From the NCBI RefSeq assembly GCF_009914755.1, contig NC_060948.1: 64,000 nt of DNA. One strand, given 5' to 3'. The translations under genes and the position numbers were made by a program. The notes under the pieces were generated by a model. That model saw only the letters and a list, made by a program, of their open reading frames with translations. It was not told the origin of the DNA and searched no databases. This DNA is from the human T2T-CHM13v2.0 reference genome, Homo sapiens. Below, piece by piece: positions 50,464-64,000 of the stretch; the stretch's first letter is position 1; each line of letters opens with the position of its first letter.

Positions 50464-50822
50464 TGTGTTGGTCTGTTCTCACGCTGCTAACAAAGACATA
50501 CCCGAGACTGGGTAATTTATAAAAGAGGTTTAATGGACTCACAGTTCCACCTGGCTGGGGAGGCCTCACAATCACGGCAGAAGGTGAATGCGGAGCAAAG
50601 TCACATGTTACATGGTGGCAGCCAACAGAGCGTGTGCTGGAGAACTGCCCTTTGTACAACCATCAGATCTCGTGAGACTTATTCACGATCACGAGAACAG
50701 CATGGGAAAGACCCGCCCCGTGATTCGGTGACCTCCCACCAGGTCCCTCCCATGACAGATGGGAATTATGGGAGCTACAATTCAAGATGAGATTTGGGTG
50801 GGGACACAGCCGAGCCATATCA
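50464..50822 (-). mobile_element. THE1 (MaLR) solo LTR inserted in (CA/TG) low-complexity DNA (50230-51535)
   Basis: THE1-type sequence with minus-strand start TGATATGGCT and TSD CATAC on both sides. Confidence 0.88.
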
Positions 50823-51846
50823 CATACATAGGTGCACATAGGCACACATGCAGGCACACACAGACACATACATACACACACACATGCATGCGCACACACA
50901 TAAACACATGCATGCACACATGCACATCCCCACACATATGCACATGGATGCATATACATGCACACACACAGGTGTACACACATGCAGGCACATGTATACA
51001 TGGATGTAGGCACATACTAATGCACACATGTATACATACACATAGGCTCATACACACATGGATGCACATACACATGCATGCACATGTGCGGGTGTGTACA
51101 CATGCACATGCACACATGTACACACATGCACACATATATATATATTTGCACCTATGCACACATATATACACCTGCAGATATACACAGGTGTAGACATGTA
51201 CATGCACAGACACACGTGCACACATAAACATTTGCACCTATGCACGCAGAGACACGTCTATGCAATGCATGTATACACGTGTACACACGTACATGCATGC
51301 ACACAGACATACACATGTACACACATTTGCACCTATTCACATAGACATACATGAATGCACATATGCACACGTGTACACAGGCACACATGCACATGCACAC
51401 GCGTGTACACACATGCACACACGTAGACACACGTCCATGCACACAGGAACACAGGTACACGTTTAAACACAGGCACACACATGCACACTCACATATAGGC
51501 ATACGGACACACATACACATGCACACAGATACGCATTGTCAACCTAAGGAAAGAAACTTAGACAAAATTAATATAAGTAGGGGGTTTCCTTGAGCCACAT
51601 TTGAGGACTGCAGCCCAGGAAACCCTCCAACTCGCCTTAGGAAGTGGCTGTGGAGAACAACGTCGAGACGGGAGCTTCTAAAGAAAGTGCACATCAGGAG
51701 AGGGGGTGATGATGAAAGCTGTTTTTCAGGAATTCATGTGGGTTACTGAAGTGGCATCGAGCACTGATCGCGTTCTTCCTTGCAATGTAGGGAATGAGTT
51801 ATGGTGCCCCAGTGTGACATCCTGAGGTTAATTTTTTTTTTTTTGA

Positions 51847-52167
<321 letters not shown>

Positions 52168-52204
52168 TAGAGCTGACCTAGTAAGTAGCTTCCAGGGGTG
52201 ATAC

Positions 52205-52667
52205 TGTAGCAGGACCAGCCGCAGACAAAACTCAGACACCGGATTAAAGAAAGAAGAGGTTTCTTTGGCCGGGAGCTTCGGCAGACTCACATCTTAAGAG
52301 CCGAGCTCCTTAAAAAAGAAATTCTTGGCCTTTTTAAAGGCTTACAACTCTGAGGGGTCCACGTGAAGGGGTCGTGATAAATCAAGCAAGTGTGGGGAAC
52401 GTGACTGGGGGCTACATGTGTCAGCTAACAGAACAGAAAGTTTTGTAACGCTTTTTCATACAACGTCTGGCATTTACAGATAACAGAAGTGGTTTAGGTT
52501 ATGGATTGATATTATTTTAACTCCCAGGGCTGGGTGGTGGTGCCAAGGTTGTCTGGCTATTTATCTTACTTCTGTTTCTTTCCAACCTTTTGCTTTCTCC
52601 TGTCTTATAAACTAGGCAAGGTGGGGGTAGGGGGCAGCAGGAGAAGTACTGGTCTCCTTCCTTAACA
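52205..52667 (-). mobile_element. ERV1 solo LTR (LTR2/LTR15-like)
   Basis: TGTAGCAGGACCAGCCGCAGACAAAACTCAGACACCGGATTAAAG...GGTCTCCTTCCTTA matches a recalled HERV-E-type LTR. Confidence 0.6.
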
Positions 52668-52737
52668 CCTTAGCTCAAGATCGGGGGAGCAGGTGACTGT
52701 GGCTTCGTTCCAATGCCTCTCGGGGTCTGGGGATTTA

Positions 52738-53460
<723 letters not shown>

Positions 53461-53519
53461 CAACTACGTGTCATAGGCAGGAAATGCAAACGTCAGCCAT
53501 CAGTCAAACTCTGCAAAGG

Positions 53520-54590
53520 TCTGTGTTTCTTGCGGTTACCATAACAAGTGAGCACACGTCAGGAGGCGGCAAAGAACAGAAATTTACTCTCTCCCAGTTC
53601 TAGATACAGAAATCTGAAGTCAAGATATGGGCAGGACCACACGTCCTCCTGAGGCTCTAGGGGAGGGTCCTTCCTGCCTCTCCCAGCTCCTGGGGGCTCC
53701 AGGCATCCCTGGGCTTGTGGCCGCATCACTCCAGTCTCTGCCTCCATCTCCACGTGGCCTCCTCCTCTGGGTCTGTGTCTCCTAAGGACACCTGTCATTG
53801 CATTTAGGACCCAGCACAAAGCCAAGATGACTTCATCTTGAGCATTTTGAGAGCATGTGTAAAGACCCTATTTCCAAACAGGATCCCATTCACAGGTTCT
53901 GGGCAGGGGGTTAGGACTTGAACAGCTCTTTTGGGGATCACCACTCAAGTCATTGAAATTGTATTCAGTTCCTTCTAGAGGCTCTAGAGTGGGGGATCCT
54001 TCCTGCCTCTCCCAGCTCCTGGGGGCTCCAGGCATCCCTGGGCTTGTGGCCGCATCACTCCAGTCTCTGCCTCCATCTCCACGTGGCCTCCTCCTCTGGG
54101 TCTGTGTCTCCTAAGGACACCTGTCATTGCATTTAGGACCCAGCACAAAGCCAAGATGACTTCATCTTGAGCATTTTGAGAGCATGTGTAAAGACCCTAT
54201 TTCCAAACAGGATCCCATTCACAGGTTCTGGACAGGGGGTTAGGACTTGAACAGCTCTTTTGGGGATCACCACTCAAGTCATTGAAATTGTATTCAGTTC
54301 CTTCTAGAGGCTCTAGAGTGGGGGATCCTTCCTGCCTCTCCCAGCTCCTGGGGGCTCCAGGCATCCCTGGGCTTGTGGCCGCATCACTCCAGTCTCTGCC
54401 TCCGTCTCCACGAGGCCTCCTCCTCTGTGTCTGTCTCCTCCTCTTGTGTCTTAGACGGACACCTGTCACTGGATTTGGGGGCCCGCCCTACTCCAGGATG
54501 ATCTCATTTCAACCTAATGATATCTGCAGAGACCCTGTTTCAACACGGGTCGTGTTCCCAGGTTCCAGTGGACGTGAGTTTTGGGGGTCA
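53520..54590 (-). mobile_element. MLT1(C)-like LTR with near-perfect 329-bp tandem duplication (3 partial copies)
   Basis: Identical blocks are offset by 329 bp, e.g. GGATCCCATTCACAGG at 53881 and 54210. Confidence 0.8.
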
Positions 54591-54730
54591 GCGTGCACCC
54601 CTCCCGCCATACCTGTGCCTGTGCTGTGGGCGGGCAGCAGCCTGTGCTGTAGGCGGGCTGTGGAGCGACTCACAGCAGGTGGCGGGGACGGACTCGTGGT
54701 GACATGTCCGCGTGTGTGCTTTGCTCTCAG

Positions 54731-54867
54731 GGAGCCACGACACGATGACGTACTGCCTGAACAAGAAGTCCCCCATTTCGCACGAGGAGTCCCGGCTGCT
54801 GCAGCTGCTGAACAAGGCCTTGCCCTGCATCACGCGCCCTGTCGTGCTGAAATGGTCCGTCACCCAG
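54731..54867 (+). CDS. PLCXD1: PLCXD1 coding exon 2 (contains the GSHD motif with the PI-PLC X-domain His)
   Basis: ctctcag|GG-SHDTMTYCLNKKSPISHEESRLLQLLNKALPCITRPVVLKWSVTQ|gtacgg. Phase is compatible with the previous exon (127+137=264 nt). Confidence 0.96.
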
Positions 54868-55975
54868 GTACGGTCTGTGCCCCGTGCTGCTGACCTGGCC
54901 TGTCAGCTATGTGGGGCCCACGGCCCCGTGGTGCTGAAATGGCCCCTCACCCAGGTAGGGTTTGAGTGGTGCCCTGTGGGCTCAGGAGGCAGGTTCCTAT
55001 CCCAGCTGCGGAGACAGGATTAAAACAAAACCTGCTGCCCACCCAGAACCCCTCCCCAGAGGTGGAAGAGAGGGGAACAGTGTTTTTATTTATTTATTTT
55101 TTGAGACAGGGTCTCACTCTTCTTACCCGGGCTGGAGTGCAGTGGCGTGATCTCGGCTCACTGCAACCTCCGCTGCCTGGGTTCAAGCGATTCTCCTGCC
55201 TCATCCTCCTAAGTACCTGGGTCTACAGGCACCTGTCACCACACCTGGCTAATTTTTTGTATTTTTAGTAGAGATGGGGTTTTACCGTGTTAGTCAGGAT
55301 GGTCTTGATCTCCTGACCTCATGATCTGCCCGCCCCAGCCTCCGAAAGTGCTGGGATTACAGGCGTGAGCCACCGCGCCCGGCCCAGCATTTTATTAAAT
55401 GGCGTAAAGCTAATGCCGTGAGCATCGCAGGCCTCCACTGAGAGCTGCAGAGGGAGAGGGTCTCGCCCTGTTGCATCCCAGCAGAGACAACACCTTTCTT
55501 TTTCTTTCTTTTTCTTTTTTTTTTTTTTTGAGACGGAGTCTCACTGCCGCCCAGGCTGGAGTGCAGTTGGTGCCATCTCGGCTCACTGCAAGCTCCGCCT
55601 CCCGGGTTCACGCCATTCTCCTGTCTCAGCCTCCTGAGTAGCTGGGACTACAGGCTCCCGCGACCACGCCCGGCTAATTTTTGGTATTTTGAGTAGAGTC
55701 AGGGTTTCACTGTGTTAGCCAGGATGGTCTCGAACTCCTGACCTCGTGATCCACCCGCCTCAGCCTCCCAAAGTGCTGGGATTACAGGCGTCAGCCACCG
55801 CACCCGGCCGAGACAACCCCTTTCATGCCTGCACTGAAGACAGACAAGGACTCATTTCTCGTGTCTTTAGGACCTGAGGCGGGTCTGCAGTTTGCAGTCA
55901 GGCATCTGCTAGTCCCTGGGAAACAGGGAGACAGGCCCCTTTCTCCCTAATAATCACATTCATTCATTCCTTTAG

Positions 55976-56128
<153 letters not shown>

Positions 56129-56238
56129 TAAAATTTTTAGTAGAGGCCGGGCGCGGTGGCTCACACCTGTAATCCCAGCACTTTGGGAGGCCAAGGTGGG
56201 TGGATCACGAGGTCAGGAGATCGAGACCGTCCTGGCTA

Positions 56239-56608
<370 letters not shown>

Positions 56609-56645
56609 TCAGCCAGGCAGACATGACAGCAGCCTCTGTCCACAG

Positions 56646-56774
56646 GCACTGGACGTCACAGAGCAGCTGGATGCCGGGGTGCGGTACCTGGACCTGCGGA
56701 TAGCCCACATGCTGGAGGGCTCGGAGAAGAACCTGCACTTTGTCCATATGGTGTACACAACGGCGCTGGTGGAG
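56646..56774 (+). CDS. PLCXD1: PLCXD1 coding exon 3
   Basis: cacag|[43 protein letters not shown]|gtgcgg, containing the [12 protein letters not shown] X-domain motif. Confidence 0.96.
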
Positions 56775-56987
56775 GTGCGGCTGGGCTGAGGTGGGACGCA
56801 ATGGGGAGAGTGGGAGGCGGCCGGGCACTGGTGCAGGTGCGGCCGGGCTGAGGTGGGAAGCAAGGGGGACGGCGGGAGGTGGCCAAGCTCCCGTGGGGAT
56901 GAAACAGCCACATGCAGATGTGGACAGGAAACGCCCGGTCTTTAATGGAAGGGTGACGTCACCTATACACCAGACAGGAGACACTGA

Positions 56988-57227
<240 letters not shown>

Positions 57228-57372
57228 TAGGCTGGTCTCAAACTCCTAACCTCAGGTGATCCACCCGCCTCGGCCTCCCAAATTGCTGGGATGACAGGCG
57301 TGAGCCGCCACACCCCGCCTTCCCTGTGGTGTTGGAGTCGTGCAGGACTCAGCCCAGCACCCCCCTCCCCAG

Positions 57373-57528
57373 GACACACTCACGGAAATCTCGGAGTGGC
57401 TGGAGCGGCATCCACGCGAGGTGGTCATCCTGGCCTGCAGAAACTTCGAGGGGCTGAGCGAGGACCTGCACGAGTACCTGGTCGCCTGTATCAAGAACAT
57501 CTTCGGGGACATGCTGTGTCCTCGTGGG
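57373..57528 (+). CDS. PLCXD1: PLCXD1 coding exon 4
   Basis: cccag|DTLTEISEWLERHPREVVILACRNFEGLSEDLHEYLVACIKNIFGDMLCPRG|gtgagg, 156 nt. Confidence 0.96.
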
Positions 57529-58110
57529 GTGAGGAGGGGAAGGATATCCGCACGTCTCTCCCGGGGCAGGGGCATCGTCAGCCTCAGACTCCGTTTGCTG
57601 TGCCCTGGGTGTGGGTGCTGCCATGATTCCTGTAGCAGGTGAAGCCGTCGAACGGGGGCTGCCTGCTCTCCCGCAGTGTGGGGGGCCCTGGCTGACCCGG
57701 TGGGGTGGCTCCTGGTGAGATCTGCTTCCCTTGACGGGTTTAGAAATGTGTGCAGCGTCAGCCGGGCGCGGTGGCTCACGCCTGTCATCCCAGCACTTTG
57801 GGAGGCCGAGGCGGGTGGATCACGAGGTCAAGAGATCGAGACTATCCTGGCCAACATGGTGAAACCTGGTCTCTACTAAAAATACAACAATTAGGCTGGG
57901 TGTGGTGGCTCACGCTTGTCATCCCAGGACTTTGGGAGGCCGAGGCGGGCGGATCACGAGGTCAAGAGATTGAGACTATCCTGGCCAACATGGTGAAACC
58001 CCGTCTCTACTAAAAATACCAAAATTATCTGGGTGTGGCGGTGGGTGTGCCGGACGCAGTGGCTCACACCTGTCATCCCAGGACTTTGGGAGGCCGAGGC
58101 GGGCGGATCA

Positions 58111-58379
<269 letters not shown>

Positions 58380-58421
58380 TCACCCTGTGCAGCCCAGGCT
58401 CGAATTCCTGGCCTCGAGTGA

Positions 58422-58610
<189 letters not shown>

Positions 58611-58908
58611 TGACTAGCCGGGATGACAGGCGTGCACCACCGCACCCGGCCAATTTTTGTATTTTTAGTAGAGATGGGGTTTCACCATGTTGCCCGGGCT
58701 GGTCTCAAACTCCTGACCTCAGGTGATCCACCCACCTCGGCCTCCCAAAGTGCTGGGATGACAGGCGTCAGCCACTGCGCCCGGCCAGAATTTCATTTTT
58801 GGTTTATACTCGTGTTGGGCCGGTGTCCCGACTTCCCAGCCCTCCGCTCTCCCAGGTGCCCCCGGCTCTCCTCTCTCCCCTGCACCCCTTAACTCTGGTC
58901 CTTTGCAG

Positions 58909-59092
58909 GAGGTGCCGACACTGCGGCAGCTGTGGTCCCGGGGCCAACAGGTCATCGTCTCCTATGAAGACGAGAGCTCCTTGCGCCGGCACCACGAGCT
59001 GTGGCCAGGAGTCCCCTACTGGTGGGGAAACAGGGTGAAGACCGAGGCCCTCATCCGATACCTGGAGACCATGAAGAGCTGCGGCCGCCCAG
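58909..59092 (+). CDS. PLCXD1: PLCXD1 coding exon 5 (terminal coding exon lies beyond the window)
   Basis: ttgcag|EVPTLRQLWSRGQQVIVSYEDESSLRRHHELWPGVPYWWGNRVKTEALIRYLETMKSCGRP-G|gtacca. No stop is reached. Confidence 0.95.
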
Positions 59093-60356
59093 GTACCAGG
59101 TCGCCCCTCGTGGGGGTAGATTCCACACAGCCTCCCGTGACGCCCTGCGGCAGGCCGGGTCCACATGGACTTGCCTTCACTTTTACGTGAAAACAATTTA
59201 AAAGGAATCCATGAGCTGGGCGTGGTAATCCCTGTACCTGTAATCCCAGCACTTCGGGAGGCCGAGGCGGGTGGATCACCTGAGGTCGGGAGTTTGAGAC
59301 CAGCCTGGCCAACATAGTGAGACCCCAACTTTACTAGAAATAAAACTTAGCGGCCGGGCGCAGTGGTTCATGCCTGTCATCCTAGCACTTTGGGAGGCTG
59401 AGGCGGGCAGATCACCTGAGGTCGGGAGTTCGAGACCGGCCTGACCAATGTGATGAAACCCTGTCTCTACTTAAGAAGCACCCAGGGAGAAAGCAGTCCA
59501 TGTACATTGGCGGGGGGAAGGATCAACAAGGTGTGGTCCATCCACGCGGTGGAATATTACACAGCCATGAAAAAGAACGAGGCTCTGACAAGGATGCAGC
59601 GGGCACAAACCTTAAGACATCACGCTCAGTGAGAGAAGCCAGACACAAAAGGACACGTAGTGTGTGAATCCATTTACAGGAAATGCCCAGAACATGCCAA
59701 TCCAGAGACAGAAAGAGGATTTGTGGTTGCCGGGGGCTGCGGAGGGGAAATGAGGACTGACTGCTTCATGGAAACAGGGTCTCTCCTTTTAGGACGATGA
59801 GAATGTTCTGGAACTAGGGAGAGGTCGGAGTTGCACAACGTGAATCCACTTTATTTTTTTTAGTTAATTCTTTGATTAGAGAAGGGGTCTCACTGTGTTG
59901 GCCAGGCTGGTCTCAAACTCCTGGTGTCAGCCAGGTGCGGTGGCTCACACCTGTGATCACAGCACTTTGGGAGGCCAAGGTGGGTGGATCACCTGAGGTC
60001 AGGAGTTTGGAGACCAGCCTGGCCAACATGGCGAAACCTCTTCTCTAGCAAAAATACAAAAATTAGCGGGCACAGGCCGGGCGCGGTGGCTCACGCCTGT
60101 AATCCCAGCACTTCGGGAGGCCGAGGCGGGCGGATCATGAGGTCAGGAGATCGAGACCATCCCGGCTAACATGGAGAAACCCCGTCTCTACTAAAAATAC
60201 AAAAAATTAGCCGGGCGTGGTGGCGGGCGCCTGTAATCCCAGCTACTCCGGAGGCTGAGGTAGGAGAATGGTGTGAACTCGGGAGGCGGAGCTTGCAGTG
60301 AGCCGAGATCACGCCACTGAACTCCAGCCTGGGCGACAGAGTGGAACTCTGTCTCA

Positions 60357-60590
<234 letters not shown>

Positions 60591-61416
60591 TCACTTGAAC
60601 CAGGAAGGCGGAGGTTGCAGTGGGCCGAGATTGAGCCAGTGTACTCCAGCCTGGGCAACAGAGCGAGACTCTGTCTCAAAACAAAACAAGACAAAATCAA
60701 ACTTCTGGGGTCAAGCGATCTGCTTGAACCACCATTCCCAGCCGAGTTGTGCAATTTAAAATCGTGAATTTCGGTGCAGTGGCTCACGCCTGTAATCCCA
60801 CCACTTTGGGAGGCCGAGGCAGGTGGATTAATTGAGATCAGGAGTTTGCGACCAGTCTGGTGAAACCCCATCTCTAGTAAAAATACAAAAAGATTTAGCT
60901 GGGCGTGGTTGTGTGCACCTGTAATCCCAGCTCCTCGGGAGGCTGAGGCAGGAGAATTGCTTGAACCCGGGGGCGGAGGCTGCCGTGAGCCGAAATCGCG
61001 CCACAGCACTCCAGCCTGGGCAACAGAGCGAGACTCCATCTTGGGAAAAAAAAAAAAAGGTAACTTTTTTGTACGTGAATTTCACCACAATTTTTGTAAA
61101 AAAGCCACCGACGGGGTGTGAGGTGCAGACAGCGTCGGCAGCCACGGCCCCGTGTCCTCCGGAGGCAGGAGCCTGAGGGAGGGAGGGAGGAAGGTCCTCC
61201 CCGCGGGGACGGTGGCAGGTGGGGCCGTCTCGGTCCTGCAGCCTGCGGCTGGGTTCTCTCAAGGTGATCTTCACAGCCGCGAGGGCTGCTTCCCACAGGG
61301 GCAGCATGAAACCCAGTCACGGGCCGGGCAAAGGAGCAGGTTTTTTCAACTTGGTCTCTTGCCCTCACACAGGAACGAGGTTAGAGACTTCAGAAATGTC
61401 TTTTTTTTTTTTTTGA

Positions 61417-61521
<105 letters not shown>

Positions 61522-61853
61522 TGAGTAGCTGGGACTACAGGCGCCCGCCACCACACCCGGCTAATTTTTTTTTGTATTTTTAGTAGAGACAGGGTTTCAC
61601 CATGTTGGTCGGGCTGGTCTCGAACTCCTGACCTCATGATCTGCCCGTCTCAGTCTCCCAAAGTGCTGGGATGACAGGCGTGAGCCACGGTGCCAGGCGG
61701 AAAATTTTTTTGTTTGTGTGTTTGTTTTTTGAGACAGAGTTTTGCTCTTGTTGCCCAGGCTAGAGTGCAATGGCGCAATCTTGGCTCACTGCAGCCTTCG
61801 CCTCCTGGGTTCGAGCAGTTCTCCCGCCTCAGCCTCCCACCACGCCCAGCTAA

Positions 61854-62216
<363 letters not shown>

Positions 62217-62439
62217 TGAACTCCTGACCTCATGATCCACCGGCCTCAACCTCTCAACGTGCTGGGATGACAGGCATGAGCCACCGTGCCCAGCCTAGAA
62301 ATACGTGTTAAAAACCACTGAGAGAACTTGGCCATAAACGTCTGTTGCCTTTGCCGTCTCTGGCCGTGGAATCAGTCCAGCTGGTCAACACAGGGGCACT
62401 GGAACCTACCTCTGGGGGAGCTTCTTCAAATATGGCTTG

Positions 62440-62525
62440 CAGGAGATTCCGGCTCAGCAGATGTAGGTGGAGCCCCCAAATTTGCATTTCTAACTATTGC
62501 AGGGACCCCACTTTGAGAATCACTG
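62440..62525. mobile_element. MER5-like DNA transposon fragment
   Basis: AATTTGCATTTCTAAC...GGGACCCCACTTTGAGAATCACTG resembles a MER5A end. Confidence 0.55.
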
Positions 62526-62597
62526 GTCAACGTCAACCCTCTCTATAAGCCTCATAAGAGATGGCACAGACTTAGTGCCCAAGACAACAGCATTCTT

Positions 62598-64000
62598 CCT
62601 GTCTATCACATGGGGGATAAGAATGTGGACATGTTTGGGGCCATATTATTCTGTCTCCCACATGGGATTAGGACGTGGACATCTTTGGGGCCATTATCCT
62701 GTCTACCTCATGGGGATTAGGACGTGGACATCTTTGGGGACATTATTCTGTCTCCCACATGGGGATTAGGACGTGGACATCTTTGGGGACATTATTCTGT
62801 CCCCCACATGGGGATTAGGACGTGGACATCTTTGGGGCCATTATTCTGTCTATCACATGGGGATTAGGACGTGGACATCTTTGGGGACATTATTCTGTCT
62901 CCCACATGGGATTAGGACGTGGACATCTTTGGGGCCATTATCCTGTCTACCTCATGGGGATTAGGACGTGGACATCTTTGGGGACATTATTCTGTCTACC
63001 TCATGGGGATTAGGACGTGGACATCTTTGGGGACATTATTCTGTCTATCACATGGGGATTAGGACGTGGACATCTTTGGGGACATTATTCTGTCTATCAC
63101 ATGGGGATTAGGACGTGGACATCTTTGGGGCCATTATTCTGTCTATCACATGGGGATTAGGACGTGGACATCTTTGGGGACATTATTCTGTCTATCACAT
63201 GGGGATTAGGACGTGGACATCTTTGGGGCCATTATCCTGTCTATCACATGGGGATTAGGACGTGGACATCTTTGGGGCCATTATTCTGTCTATCACATGG
63301 GGATTAGGACGTGGACATCTTTGGGGACATTATTCTGTCTATCACATGGGGATTAGGACGTGGACATCTTTGGGGACATTATTCTGTCTATCACATGGGG
63401 ATTAGGACGTGGACATCTTTGGGGACATTATTCTGTCTCCCACATGGGGATTAGGACGTGGACATCTTTGGGGACATTATTCTGTCTATCACATGGGGAT
63501 TAGGACGTGGACATCTTTGGGGACATTATTCTGTCTATCACATGGGGATTAGGACGTGGACATCTTTGGGGACATTATTCTGTCTCCCACATGGGGATTA
63601 GGACGTGGACATCTTTGGGGACATTATTCTGTCTCCCACATGGGGATTAGGACGTGGACATCTTTGGGGCTGTTATTCTGTCTCCCACATGGGGATTAGG
63701 ACGTGGACATCTTTGGGGCCATTATTCTATCACATGGGGATTAGGACGTGGACATCTTTGGGGACATTATTCTGTCTATCACATGGGGATTAGGACGTGG
63801 ACATCTTTGGGGACATTATTCTGTCTCCCACATGGGGATTAGGACGTGGACATCTTTGGGGACATTATTCTGTCTATCACATGGGGATTAGGACGTGGAC
63901 ATCTTTGGGGACATTATTCTGTCTCCCACATGGGGATTAGGATGTGGACATCTTTGGGGACATTATTCTGTCTATCACATGGGGATCAGGACGTGGACAT
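62598..64000. repeat. 49-bp VNTR (>=28 copies, truncated by window end) derived from an MLT1 LTR terminus
   Basis: Unit GGACGTGGACATCTTTGGGGACATTATTCTGTCTATCACATGGGGATTA. Confidence 0.95.

Noticed and set aside
50548-50563. PRDM9 hotspot motif in the THE1 LTR
   Set aside because: It reads CCTCCCCAGCCAG, lacking the T and final C of CCTCCCTAGCCAC, so it is the non-hot form.
50127-51593. Cys/His-rich ORFs
   Set aside because: Translations of (CA/TG)n low-complexity DNA.
58850-58911. Alternative acceptors before the last visible PLCXD1 exon (cccag at 58855; CAG-GAG NAGNAG)
   Set aside because: The first is out of frame, GAG acceptors are weak, and nothing in the sequence supports use.

Overview
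This is primate DNA, almost certainly human, and matches the distal pseudoautosomal region 1 (Xp22.33/Yp11.32). The identification rests on the PLCXD1 gene and a 61-bp subtelomeric tandem array of the DXYS20 type. From left to right the window contains: about 160 copies of the 61-bp repeat; a 26-bp VNTR inside a MER4-type LTR; a HERV-K LTR5 solo LTR; three frameshifted, intron-separated 3' exons of a divergent regucalcin (SMP-30/gluconolactonase) paralog; dense Alu/LTR sequence; 55-bp and 49-bp VNTRs; the PLCXD1 promoter and five coding exons (last exon beyond the window); and a 49-bp VNTR derived from an MLT1 LTR end. There is no CRISPR array or prokaryotic system, and nearly all ORFs in the supplied track are repeat artefacts. 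The most interesting signals are: (1) the regucalcin-paralog gene fossil with a D204A-equivalent change and a terminal exon with poly(A) signal; (2) one TAATCC>TCATCC variant shared by about 24 Alu arms of different subfamilies; (3) duplicated exon ends with second splice donors after two PLCXD1 exons, one in frame; (4) several minisatellites born from LTR segments; (5) about 108 antisense splice-donor motifs in the 55-bp VNTR. Repeat family names and the RGN comparison come from recalled consensus sequences, not database searches.
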